The notes beneath the pieces were generated by a model that saw only the letters and a program-made list of their open reading frames with translations, did no database searches and was not told the DNA's origin. From Octopus sinensis (Eukaryota): DNA of 64,000 bases. Positions 41,661 to 53,106 of this stretch are shown one piece after another (the stretch's first letter is position 1; each line of letters starts with the position of its first letter). The position numbers and the translations under genes were made by a program. The stretch covers positions 59,954,001-60,018,000 of the forward strand of contig NC_042999.1 in assembly GCF_006345805.1 (NCBI RefSeq). The letters are read 5' to 3'.

Positions 41661-42309
41661 AAGAGACAAAAGATGATAAATCATGCCTTGGAGTGGAAGG
41701 CATTCATGAACTTTTTTGGGTTTTTTTTTTTCCAGTCATGCTTTCACTTAAATCATGTTTCTTGTATATTTTGAAACAAATCTGCTTATATTTAAATAGT
41801 GCAAAATATAAAAAAATAAATATATATATATATATATGAAAAAAAATTCTATAAATATTCAAAGAAAAAAATATTTACAAAATCTATAATACCTATGTGA
41901 TATTGTTTCCACCATTCTGATAGTCAGAACTTTAACCAATCGAACACAAGTCCCTTGTCATACGTGTATGCAGCCTGTACGGTTTTGCCTTTTTTTTTTC
42001 GGAATTTCATTGATATTTTTTCTTTCCTGGGGACATAGAGAAGAAAATGCAGAACAATTTTTCTTTTCCTTTTATCCATTTTTTTTTCAAAGAGAAGAAA
42101 AAAATTTTAAAAATTTCAAGGAAATTTGTTATTTTTAATTCCCCAAGAAACAATTTTCACTGCTTTCTGTTGAAACTTTTTCATTCTTCTTCGGTGGAAA
42201 CTGAAATAAATTTTCATAAAAATATAATTGTTGGAGTTAATATGAATTTGAAAAGAATATTTTTCTCTTTATTAAAAATAATGTTTTTTTTTGTTGTTTA
42301 AAATTGGTG

Positions 42310-43290
42310 CAGGTGTGACATTATAAGCACAGGTGTGGCTGTATGGTTGAGAAGCTAGCTATCCAATCAGGTAGTGCACAACACTTTGGGAAAATATCTT
42401 CTACTAGGGCCAAATGAAATCTTCTGAGGAAATTTGGTAGATAAAAATTGGAAAAAGCCTGTCATATATATGCATATAGGTATGTGTTTATGTGTGTGGA
42501 GGCACGTGGCTTAGTGGTTAGGGTGTTCAACTCATAATTGTAAGATTGGAATTTCGATTCCTGGACTGTGTTCTTGGACAAAAAATCTTCATCTCACATT
42601 GCCACACTCAGCTGGCAAAAATGAGTAATCATGTGACGGACCAGCTTCCCATCCAGGTGAGGAATATACATGCCATGAAGCCAGAAAACTGGCCCTTGAG
42701 ATGGAAACTTCACCTTTTTATATGTGTGTGTGGAGGCACATAGCTTAGTGGTTAGGGTGTTCAACTCATGATTGTAAGATTGTGAGTTTGATACCTAGTG
42801 TTGTTCTGTGTCCCTGAGATGACACTTTGTTTCCCATTGCTCCAGTCTACTGGGTTAGCAAAAATGAGTTGTACATGTATTTCAAAGGGCCAGCCTTGTA
42901 ACATTCTGATTTACATTGAATCTTCCTGAGAAGTACTTTAAGGGTATGTGTGTCTGTGGAGTACTCAGCCACTTGCAAGTTAATTTCTTGAGCAGGCTGT
43001 CCCGTTGGTCATATCAACTGGAACCCTTGTGGTCGTAACCGACGGAGTGCCAGTTGTGTATGTATAAATATGTGTATATGTCTTTGTATTTGTGTTGTCT
43101 TTATTTCTCCACCGCTTGACAACTGGCGTTGGTTTGTTTACATCCCCTGTAACTTAGCAATTTGGCAAAAGAGACTGATAGAATACGCACCAGGTTTAAA
43201 AACATAAATACTGCAGAGGATTTGTTTGGTTAATCCTTCTGTTGCTCCAGCAAGGCTACGGTCCAGTGACTGAGAAAGTAAAAACTAAAG
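42310..43290 (+). mobile_element. Nested SINE B and two SINE C-type copies
   Basis: B head at ~42325; C heads GTGGAGGCAC..GGCTTAGTGGTTAGGG at ~42496 and ~42730; B 3' half at ~43060-43290. Confidence 0.75.
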
Positions 43291-44154
43291 ACAATACATA
43301 CGACCAGATATTTGCTAATTAGAATCCTGGCTCTTTGCTAATTAGAATCCAATTAGATAAGTAATTAACAGTCAATGGATTTCTGTATATTTTGGTAATG
43401 ATTGTTTTGATATGCGATCAACTGACCGTTAACATAATCGTCAGGCAGAGTCAGTACAACACAATATTTATTTCAATATTGTATCTTTGAATTACAAATG
43501 AGACTTATCCGGTAGGCTTCCACACAGTTTTTACACTGGATTTCACCGACAAAACATAGGTTAGTGTGAAGCAGTAGTAAAAGACACTCGTCGAAGATTC
43601 CACAGATTCTGGAGATTCCACAGAACCTGGAGATTGCAAAACAAACATTTTAAAATTTAGCCACGCTGCGTACATTCATGATAAATTATCAGTTACGTTT
43701 AACAAATTCACTGCTTTCTTACATACTAGCAACGTTCGGCAGGAGCATCAACTTGAGATTTCATTTTATTCTCATCATTTAGAAAATAATGAATGCAAGT
43801 GTTGCTGTGACATTAAAAAGCTTGTACTATAGTGCATCTGTACATTGGACAATTATGTTCAACCTGAGAATTGTAGTAGAAATTCGATTGGCAGAAATTG
43901 TGCAAAAGCCTATATGATGGAGTGTAGTTGTTATTGGATAATAGAGTTCATTTCTCACCTGGTTTAACCCTACTACTCTGACCTTTGGATAACTCTAGTA
44001 GAGTTGCTCTTTGTTGAAAACATTACAGACACGTTTCTGTTCTTGGCATAAATTCTTCCCATTTTTCAAATAGTCTTGGATACATGGTAAAAGGTTAAAA
44101 GGTCATCAGTACTTCTCTTGTTTCGTGAAAAACATAAAAAAAAATCAAGTGAAT

Positions 44155-44318
44155 ATAAGAACTGGTGTGGTTAAGAAGCTCGCTTCGCAACCACATGGTT
44201 TTGGGCTCAGTCCCACTGTACAGCACCTTCGGCAAGCGTCATATACAGTAGCCCTGGGTCGACCAATACTCTGTGAGTGAATATGGAAGACAGAAACTGT
44301 ATCGTAGCCCGTCATATA
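44155..44318 (+). mobile_element. SINE family B 5' half, interrupted at its internal TA by the Tc1 element
   Basis: GGTTAAGAAGCTCGCTTCGCAACCACATGG...GTAGCCCGTCATATA abutting the TIR. Confidence 0.7.
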
Positions 44319-45420
44319 CAGGAGTTGGACAAAATAATGGAAACACCTGAAAATTTCAAACAAATTTATTTTAATATGGGGTACGACCGCCTTTGGCAAT
44401 AATTACAGCTTGAATTTAGCAAGATATGGACTCGTACAAAGTTTGAATTGTTTCCAAAGGAATTTTTGTCCATTCTTCGACAAAAACAGTCTCCAGTTCT
44501 TGTAGTGATGATGGTGGTGGATATCAACTTCTTACTTGTTTTTCTAAAATGCACCATAAATGTTCAATAATATTGAGATCTGGGGACTGTAGTGGCCAGA
44601 TAAGATGTTCAGTTTCATTAGAATGTTCCCCGTACCACTCAGTAACAACTTTAACTGTGTGAATTGGTGCATTATCATCATGAAAGATTGAGTTTCCCTC
44701 CAGAAACAGCTCCGCAACCATAGGATGAATTTGATCAGATAAAATGCTTAAATAGTCTTGACTATTAATTCTGCCATGAAAGGAAACCATTGAGCAGACG
44801 GATTTCTAAGATATAGCCCCACCACCAGATCATCACAGACACTCCTCCATGTTAAACAGTTGGAAGAATGCAATCTGGGTCAAATGCTTCTTTTGACTGT
44901 CTCCACATGTATACTCGGCCAGTGGTTGGAAATAAGGTAAAGATGACTCGTCCGAGAAAATAACATTCTTCCACTACTCTAGGGACCAATTCTGTAGGTT
45001 TTTACTCCACTCTAAACGCTTTGCAATGTTTGTTTTTGAAAGTAGTGGTTTTCCGATTGCAGCCCTCCCGTGAAATCCGGCTTTGTGCAGCGCCCGGCGA
45101 AGAGTTTTTGTGGAAACTGGGTTCTCGAGGTGGTCATTAATCTCTGCAGTAATTTTGGGAGCTGTACTTTTGTGATCCTTTTTAACAATTAGTGTAAGAA
45201 TATGACGGTCCCTATCTGAAACTTTTTGTTTTCTTCCGGAGTTTTGCTTCAGCGAGGAGGTTTTTCCCTCTTTCTCAAAGGCTGTTATTACTTTCGAGAA
45301 AGTCAAACATTTCAGCTGTTTTCGTTACGCTAGCGCCTGTCATACGAGCACCAATAATTTGATCTCTTTGAAAGTTCGATAGATCTGTCATTTTAATGAA
45401 TTTTAATTACCTTTTTCTGA
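44319..45420 (-). mobile_element. Tc1/mariner-superfamily transposon, DD36E type, only one TIR retained
   Basis: TA + CAGGAGTTGGACAAAATAATGGAAACACC terminus at 44319; transposase on the minus strand; matching opposite TIR not found. Confidence 0.9.
44371..45391 (-). pseudogene. Tc1-like transposase pseudogene (frameshifts and stops)
   Basis: MTDLSNFQRDQIIGARMTGASV.. N-terminus, GRKQKVSDRDR linker, W..VIFSDES, HDDNAPIH...WPLQSPDLNIIEHLW (36 residues between D and E), ..AKGGRTPY* end. Confidence 0.92.
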
Positions 45421-45789
45421 TGATATCTGAAAAGAAACAGATGTTTCTCCAGATATTTTTGACCATTGAGTTTGCCTATTATCTCTTCGAGGTTACTAAA
45501 ATAATGTATCAGTCAAGTACTGGAGCTGAGGTAATCAACTTCCCCATCCCTCAAATTTTCTGGCCTTGAACCCAGCAGCAGACTGGCGTTCCGATCAGGG
45601 GGAATGTTGTGATCTCCGTCACTTAAACACCATGGAAACGTTGTAAAAAAGCTTTATGAGTTCTAGGGTTCGAGAAAAAGAAATCATATGTGGAACATTG
45701 ATGCATAGTGATGCAGAAGCATGTGCCAGCCGTTATCCATGAACAGGTATGGCCTGGTTACACGTACCGTGCTTTTGCTAATTGTTTTA

Positions 45790-46035
45790 GGTACCTATAT
45801 AATCACGTGTAGACGTAGTCACCCTCTGGACTTCTCATCTTGTGACCCTCTCGCACATCCAGGACGTGACAGCAGAGGGAGGAAGAGCTGTACAAGTATT
45901 CAGTTGGTGCACATTTTCTGTTGAGTAGACTGAAGCAACATGAAATGATGTGCTTTGCTCTGGGACACAACGCATCGCCTGGGACAGAAATTGAATCCAC
46001 AATAATGTGATCGTAAACTGAAAACACTAACCACT
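45790..46035 (-). mobile_element. SINE family C-type copy
   Basis: Reverse complement of TAGTGGTTAGTGTT...GGATTCAATTTC..GTGTCCCAGAGCAAAGCAC. Confidence 0.6.
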
Positions 46036-46289
46036 AGATCGTATAATCTGATATCTATGTTTGTGTTACTTGTGATTCGGCAAAGCTCTACAGTGATTTC
46101 TAGATGTACAAGAAATAACATATTTATCCCTACCGACTTGAATATTGAGGCATGCATCAGATAGTGTAATAGTCCGAAATATTGAATGCTCGAAAGACGG
46201 AAGGATCATGGCTGGAATGCAAGAACGCCTTTGATGATAAGTCTGTTCAATCAGAGTTGACTTGGCGCTAAACCACATCTTGTTGTTTG

Positions 46290-46670
46290 TTCTACTTAAA
46301 CTGTTGCAAGTCAAGACCTTTATGATAGACACGAAGAGAGAATGATGTTATGGGAACGAATGAAGAAAGGACTGGATGTCGTAGTTATACAGAGATTGGA
46401 AGTTGGACAAAACACTGGTGATCAGAGGTGGGTGAGAGTGGATTTAAGGAGGTCACTTTCCATCAATATGGTTTCGTGTTTGATCCCACTACAGAGAAAC
46501 CTGTGAGAGTGGCTAAATAGGGGTGGCAATAGACCTGTCAGTTTCTCTGAGTAGACTCCAGTATAGTAACAGTGGAAAAAGTAAAGCGAGTAGATAGCAC
46601 ACTTGATGAGAAGAAGCTGGAGTGTGGTTATTAGTCGAGTGGCCTTTCTCTGAATGCGGTCTAAGGTGTC
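46290..46670 (-). pseudogene. Decayed 3' end of a CR1/L2/Jockey-group LINE ORF2
   Basis: Frameshifted peptides LDRIQRKATRLI, CYYTGVYSEKLTGLLPP and SSFVPITS...DLQQFK resemble the conserved post-RT C-terminus of this group (from memory). Confidence 0.5.
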
Positions 46671-47944
46671 TTCGTGTGAAGCAATAACAACAACAGCAAG
46701 AGCAGCCGTTCAAGAATTTGGACCTGGAGATCTCCATTTCCAGCGACTTCGAGGGCCACCTCCCAGTGGGGTCGGGCGTCAACGAAGAGCCCTCGACTAC
46801 AACAAGACGACCAAATGCCCCCCCCCCCAACAGACGCTCTGGCCAATGATCCTTTCCTTTTCCTTCGGATCTGGAAAAGTGGACTTCCGTTCCCGACCTG
46901 CCAGACGTCTCTCAACCCACAGAACGGACGCAATGAAATCCCCCTTACCCGTCTTGTTGCTTAACAACAATAACATAAGCAACAGCAGTCTCAACAGCAC
47001 TGTCCCAGTGTAGGAGCAGAACCCCACTGTGGGTAGGTGTTGCTTGAACTTCGCAGAGTATCAATAATCGTGGTGAGTGATGTATTACATGGTCCGCTTG
47101 AGCTCAGTCAGTCTTTGAGCTTAACATTAAGAAGAATTTACATTTTTTAATTACAAGATCCATAACTCGGACATCAAGACTGGAAAGATACTAACATCTA
47201 CTGATAAGTTCAACATTAACAGTGACCCTAAAAGGAACGATGGCAGCAGAAACTTAAGGTCAGTCCAGATAGTTTTTGAAGCGTTGCATCGTATCACTCA
47301 GACAACACTTACTGAACAATAAAGACAGGAATGAGTACCTTACATATACTCAACAGCGAAAATTAATAACATATGAGATTTGGTGAAAATCTCTTGAATA
47401 GGGGTATTTAGTGGTCTCATGTGAACTGACGTTAGCTTAAATAGAAACTTGGAGAGGAAATACTCATCTCACAAACGGAAATTTAAGCATGGGTACTGAT
47501 CTCGCTAGTAAGAGAATACCAAATACATTTGGTAAAAACAGTAGCTTCCCCTGGATCGGTGATAACTACAGCACATCATTCCTTCACGACTATGCTTTTG
47601 ATTTCCAAGAAAAGAAAAATTTCTTTTAAATATCTGATCAACAGGAGGGATAAGCTTTCTTGTTGTGAGAGAAAATGTCAATTTTGCAATATCTCACCAT
47701 CATCAGCCGTCTAAGACATTTGCATGATATTACCTTCCAATGAGACATGACATTGTTGTTAAAACCATCTGTAATGCTAACCCTAGAACGAATTGTCCCG
47801 ACTACTATAACAGATGTACATCAGAGCCAAGATGTACCCAGGCTTTTAAAAATAAGAATACACGAGGAAGAAAACATAGGAATGTGATCATACTCGATAG
47901 CGAGTCTAAAACTTCTATATACATGTATGTATATTATGCGCTTA

Positions 47945-48283
47945 GTGAAGGCGCATGGCTCAGTGGTTAGAGCGTCGAGCTTACGATCGTGAGGTTCCGA
48001 GTTCGATTCCCGGACCGGGCTGCGTGTTGTGTTCTTGAGCAAGACACTTTATTTCACGTTACTCCAGTTAACTCAGCTGTAGGAATGAGTTGCGACGTCA
48101 CAGGTGCCAAGCTGTATCGGCCCCTTTGCCTCTCCCTTGGATAACATCAATGGTGTGGAGAGGGGAGGCTGGTATGCATGGGCGACTGCTGGCCTTCCAT
48201 AAACAACCTTGCCTGGACTTGTGCCTCGGAGGGTAACTTTCTAGGTGCAAACCTATGGTCATTCATGACCGAAGGGGGTCTCC
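47945..48283 (+). mobile_element. SINE family C, full length, young-looking
   Basis: A-box TGGCTCAGTGG, B-box GAGTTCGATTCCC, GTGTTCTTGAGCAAGACAC CORE-like block, GC-rich tail. Confidence 0.9.
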
Positions 48284-48819
48284 CATATTACGCGCTTAAA
48301 AGATGATGATGGCTGTCCACTTTTGATTGAGAAAAAGCGTCACTGACCATTGCCCATGTAAAATGCCAGCAATGCCCGTGCAAAATTTTAGAACCAATAT
48401 GACTAGCACATCTCAGAGACATGATCCAGAGATAAACCAAGGTAAGGTATCTAGTGACAATATGGGCCGCATGCATACATGCATCTATCCATCCATACAT
48501 ATAGACAGACAGTCAGACAGATGGACGGACAGAACGACAGAACGACAGACAAGTGGACCAACGGGCAGACAGACAAAGTGAACATTTGTGTAATGCAATC
48601 TAGAGAAAGGATAATCCTAACAAGAAAGATTTTAGAAGGTACAGAGATGTGCATGATATAATCATTCATAATATAGAAGAATACTGTTAAAACCTCAGTA
48701 AGTTACAAGCATAACGAGCAAGATATAATGGTCTGGGACAAAGGAAAGAAATTAAGCCATAGCAGTTAAAATCAGTTGACCAGTACAGTGTTAAAGTTTA
48801 TTTATTATTTTTTTTTATT

Positions 48820-50360
48820 GCCCACAAGGGGATAAACATATTTAATTGAACCCGAAAGGATGAAAGGCAAAGTCGACCTCGGCGGAATTTGAGCTCAGAA
48901 CGTAACGGCAGACGAAATACTGCTAAGCATTTCGCCCGGCGTGCTAAGACAGAAACATATGAACCGAATCAATAAGAAATCTGCAGTTATACCTCTCTGG
49001 TTATAGTTTTATATTCAGCTTATAATACTAGTGTGTTTGAATACGTAATTGCCCCATTGTCGATTTTGAGAAACTGGGCTTTACTAAAGCAGAAAAAGAT
49101 AAACAAAACACGCTAACAAGGAAATGAGATTTACAAGTTATTGAAGACATTGAGAAACAAATGTAAAATATTTTTGAAACTTAGCATGTAATAACCCTTT
49201 CTACTATGGGCCCCCAAGGCCTGAAATTCAGTGGGAGGAGCTAGTCGATTACATCGACCCCAGTGTTCCACTGGTACTTATTTCATTGACATTGACACCG
49301 AAAGGATGAAAAGCAAAGTCAACATCGGTGGAATTTGAACTCAGAACGTAAACACGGACGAAATGCTGCGATGCATTGTGCCTGGCGTGCTAACGATTCT
49401 GCCAGCTCGCCGCCTTAACAACAATAATAATAATCCTTTCTACTATAGGCATAAGGGTGGGGTGGGGGTGGCGGTTTGTCGATTACATTGACCCAGTATG
49501 CAACTGGTACTTAAGTTATCGACACCGAAAGGATAAAAGGTAAAATCGATCTCGGCGGAATTTGATCTCAGAACATAAAGACAGACGAAATGCCGCGATG
49601 CATTTTGCTCGGTGTGCTAACGATTCTGCCAGCAATAATGGTTTCAAATTTTGACACAAGGGACGGGATGAGTCGATTACATCGACCTCAATGTTCGACT
49701 GATACTTATTTTATCGACCTCGAAAGGCTGAATGGCAAAGTCGACCTCAACGGAATTTGAACTCTCTTATGGAACGTAGCATTTCGTCCTCTACGCTAAC
49801 GACTCTGCCAGCTGCCTTACTTAGCATTTTATAATCCTTTCTACAGTAGGCAGAAGGCCTGAAAATTTGGGGGAGGGGATAGTCGATTACTTCGACCCTA
49901 GTGCGTAACTGGTACTTATGTAATCGACCCCGAAAGAATGAAAGGCAGAGTCGACCTCGGCTGAGTTTGAACTCAGAACGTAGTGGCGGATGAAATACCC
50001 ATTTCTTTACTACCCACAAGGGGCTAAACACAGAGAGGACAAACAAGGACTGACAAACGGATTAAGTCGATTACATCGACCCCAGTGCATAACCCCCCGA
50101 AAGGATGAAAGGCAAAGTCGACCTCGGCGGAATTTGAACTCAGAACGTAACGGCAGCCGAAATACTGCTAAGCATTCCGGCTGGCCTGCTAAAGTTTCTG
50201 CCAGCTCGCCGCCTTACTTAGCATATAATAATGCTTTCTATTTTTAAGCACAAGGCCTGAAGTTGCGAGGGAGGGGGCTAGTCGATGTCATCGACCCCAG
50301 TGCGTAACTGGTACTTATTTTATCGACCCTAGAAGGCAAAGTTGACCTCAGGCGAATTTG
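48820..50360 (-). mobile_element. Array of about 7 SINE family A copies, all on the minus strand
   Basis: Repeated GAAAGGATGAAAGGCAAAGTCGACCTCGGCGGAATTTGAACTCAGAACG blocks at ~48855, 49300, 49530, 49720, 49935, 50100 and 50330. Confidence 0.9.
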
Positions 50361-50595
50361 AACTTAAGCATATATTTTGAACTTAAGCATAATATAATGA
50401 CGCGTAGTCATGTGAATGAATGTCTGTGTATGTATACATGATTCAATCTCTTCTAAACCGCCCTTAGCCTGAACAATCACTCCAGGCACTGGCACCCTCC
50501 GCACCCACCAAGATGAAGAAGCTCATTTACCCGCTATAGACTTAATACTAGGACTCGAGTTAATACCGACGACAGCGGCATAAATCAATATATAA

Positions 50596-50656
50596 AGGCG
50601 GCGAGATGGCAGAATCGTTAGCGCAGGAGTGGCTGTGTGGTAAGTAGCTTGCTTAC
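50596..50656 (+). mobile_element. SINE A head fused to SINE B head (left part of the LINE target site)
   Basis: AGGCGGCGAGATGGCAGAATCGTTAGC + GCAGGAGTGGCTGTGTGGTAAGTAGCTTGCTTAC. Confidence 0.8.
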
Positions 50657-50888
50657 ACTTGTCGTAGACGGACGTCTTTTTTTTGGCAGTGAGTCAAACG
50701 TTTTGTTGCACGTGGATAAATTTTTCTATTGGAATTGTTGTCTATTGTTGAATATTTTTGAAATATTAAACATTGTTGAAATTCGAAAATTTTTGTGCTT
50801 TTTCCCTGTGACGGGAGAAAGTAATTGTTGAAATATTGAAATTATTAATATTGAACTTATTAATACTATTAATATTGAACTTATTAAA

Positions 50889-51285
50889 GCCGTTGTAGGC
50901 TTTATTGTCGTGTCTCCCCCCCCCCAGCGGGGGTGGCATTTGAGCTGTTATCAGCATTAAGAGGAAAAAAATATTATAGGTTTCCCGTTTTTTGGCGTAA
51001 GCAATTTATTATTGCTAGAAAAATTAAATTTTAGCCGTTGTAGGCTCTATTGTGGCATCCGCCACTAGCATGGGCGAGATTTGAACTGTTTTCCTCGTTG
51101 TGAGGAAAAAATATTATAGGTTTCCCGTTTTTGGGGATTTTATATTTTATTATTGTGTGAAAAAAAAATTAATTTCGAATGTTGCAAGCTTTGTTGCTGC
51201 GTCTCACCCACCAGCAGGGGTGGGATTTGAACTGTTGTCCTCGCTAAGAGGAAAAAAAATGTAAAAAATTTTCTGGGAAACTTGT
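50889..51285 (+). repeat. Three imperfect ~145-bp monomers in the LINE 5' UTR
   Basis: GCCGTTGTAGGCT at 50889 and 51034; GATTTGA.CTGTT...GAGGAAAAAA occurs three times; TATTATAGGTTTCCCGTTTTT occurs twice. Confidence 0.85.
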
Positions 51286-51357
51286 GTTTCATTTATTTCG
51301 AACGTATATGTCGGTCGAAATAATCCAAGAAAAGACATAAAAAAAGCAGTAGCCGCT

Positions 51358-53077
51358 GTGTCTTCAAAACATATTATAATTGAAACGGAGAGAATGAAAA
51401 AGGAGGGTGGGGATATAAAGATCTCACCCTCCTCTAGTGTTGAAAACCCGAAGAGAAGGACACTCGTTTACAAAACGTACTGTCTTTCATCGAAGAAATT
51501 CAAGCACTTCGAAAAGTGCGAAATAGAAAAATGCCTGGCCCCTATATGGAAAGATATAAAATACATAGCGAGGGGCCGGGCATATGAAACAATAGAGGCC
51601 AATTCGAGACGGCTGAAGAAGCCCAAGAGCACTCAGTGAGTCCTCTGAAAACGAAAAAGGTGGTGCTGCTCCCAACATACATGGGAAGGAGAACAGCACG
51701 CGTCTGAATAAACGAAGTACCACTAGAAATTGAGGCAAGGGAGGTGATGGCCGCCCTATTGTATAACAGGACGGACAAAATCACCTTCCTCCAAATTACA
51801 TGCACTGTCCCATAAAATTGGCTAGGGCAGAGCATCTCTGCGATTATTCAAGAAACGCAACAAGACATCGAAATGTTGCCAGAAAGAGTGCTCTTGAGTG
51901 AAGATATTGCCCTCAAGATTCAAGTAGAGGGCAAGGATCTTTTCGGTTTGAACGGCAGTTTTTTCTAGCGGTGTCATATGAAATTGTCACCCACAATTAT
52001 GACCCTAGTATCGATCTATTGCATTTCAATCTGTTTTAGGGTTAGGGGTGGGGGGAAGGGTATCTTTTTTTCTTCACAAATGTAAATAAACCCGGTCTGT
52101 TTCTTAAACGAGAGACATATCCATACGGCACAGAATGTTTTTTACCTCAATAGACGTCAATGATTGGTTGAAATTGCAGAAATTGAAGAAAAAACAACAA
52201 CAAATATATTACAAACTATAGAATTTTCTCAATAAAACCAAGAGCAAAAGATGTTTTATAAGCACATTCTACCAGTATACGAAGTTTAAAAGTGTTTAAA
52301 AAACTGTCGTTTAAACCGAAAAGATCCGAGGGCAAAAAGCACACGTGTTTCGAATGTGGCAATAGAGTCCACATTCGTGTCGACTGAAATATGGAAAAAA
52401 AAGAAAATAAGTGCGCAGACATCAGACCCTTCAACTACAGAAAAAGACCCCAAACCCGCACAGAAATTAGACCCCACAGAAACAAATACTCCCTCCCCAT
52501 CATCTGTGGCACCCGCTCCCAAACAAAGCACTCAAAAACCCCAGGCCATGCACGCACCGGTCCCGACAGAAACAAATGCACCCACCCCTTCTGAAGTAAC
52601 AATTCCTCTGGAAGACACCGTGGAGTTGACCGAGAGGGAGTTCAAGACACCCAGAAAAAAAGCGAACACATGCACCTTCCCCATCCATATCCCCACAAAG
52701 AAAAAAGAAGAAAAACAGCTCACCACACAGAAAAAAGATCCCGCTTCACTGTCCCAGAAGAGAAAATAAAAAAGAACAAAGCCGGAACAAAAACCCTGGT
52801 AAAGTTTGATACTAGGGATAAATATATTACGGACATTTTAAAAAAGCACCACATCGTGGAGCTGTTGCAGCAGCCCGAAGGCACGGAAGAGAGATGTGCG
52901 TGGAAATCAGAAAATTTGTATAATGAAATGAAGGGTAGGCATCCGAGGACCATCACGAGCATCCCGGACCTTCCGTGGTATTTGAAGGAGTTTTTGACGG
53001 AGCAGGAGGAAAGGACTGCCTCACGTGTGATGAGGTTAGCCCCAGCATCACCAATAAAAGAAGAAGTCAAAGACTAA
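51358..53077 (+). pseudogene. LINE ORF1 (gag-like, single CCHC zinc knuckle), disrupted
   Basis: Removing the MITE and one TSD gives ..IALKIQVEGKKHTCFECGNRVHIRVD* (last Cys codon now TGA), followed by a P/T/K-rich region; several stops and frameshifts. Confidence 0.8.
51935..52327. mobile_element. 393-bp MITE with 30-bp TIRs and an 8-bp TSD (Merlin-like; hAT or MULE are alternatives)
   Basis: TIR GGATCTTTTCGGTTTGAACGGCAGTTTTTT / AAAAAACTGTCGTTTAAACCGAAAAGATCC (2 mismatches); TSD GAGGGCAA at 51927-51934 and 52328-52335. Confidence 0.92.
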
Positions 53078-53106
53078 GTAGAACCCTTGCTTTTCTTTTG
53101 TTTTAA

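Noticed and set aside
43960-44075. Exon-like block with a CAG|gtgaga donor on the minus strand
   Set aside because: All three frames contain a stop between the acceptor and the donor.
47945-48020. tRNA gene call for SINE heads (also 13907, 42496, 42730)
   Set aside because: A and B boxes are present, but there is no paired acceptor stem and the sequence continues into a SINE body.
52036-52048. TTAGGG telomeric repeat
   Set aside because: Only two units, inside a MITE; not an interstitial telomere array.
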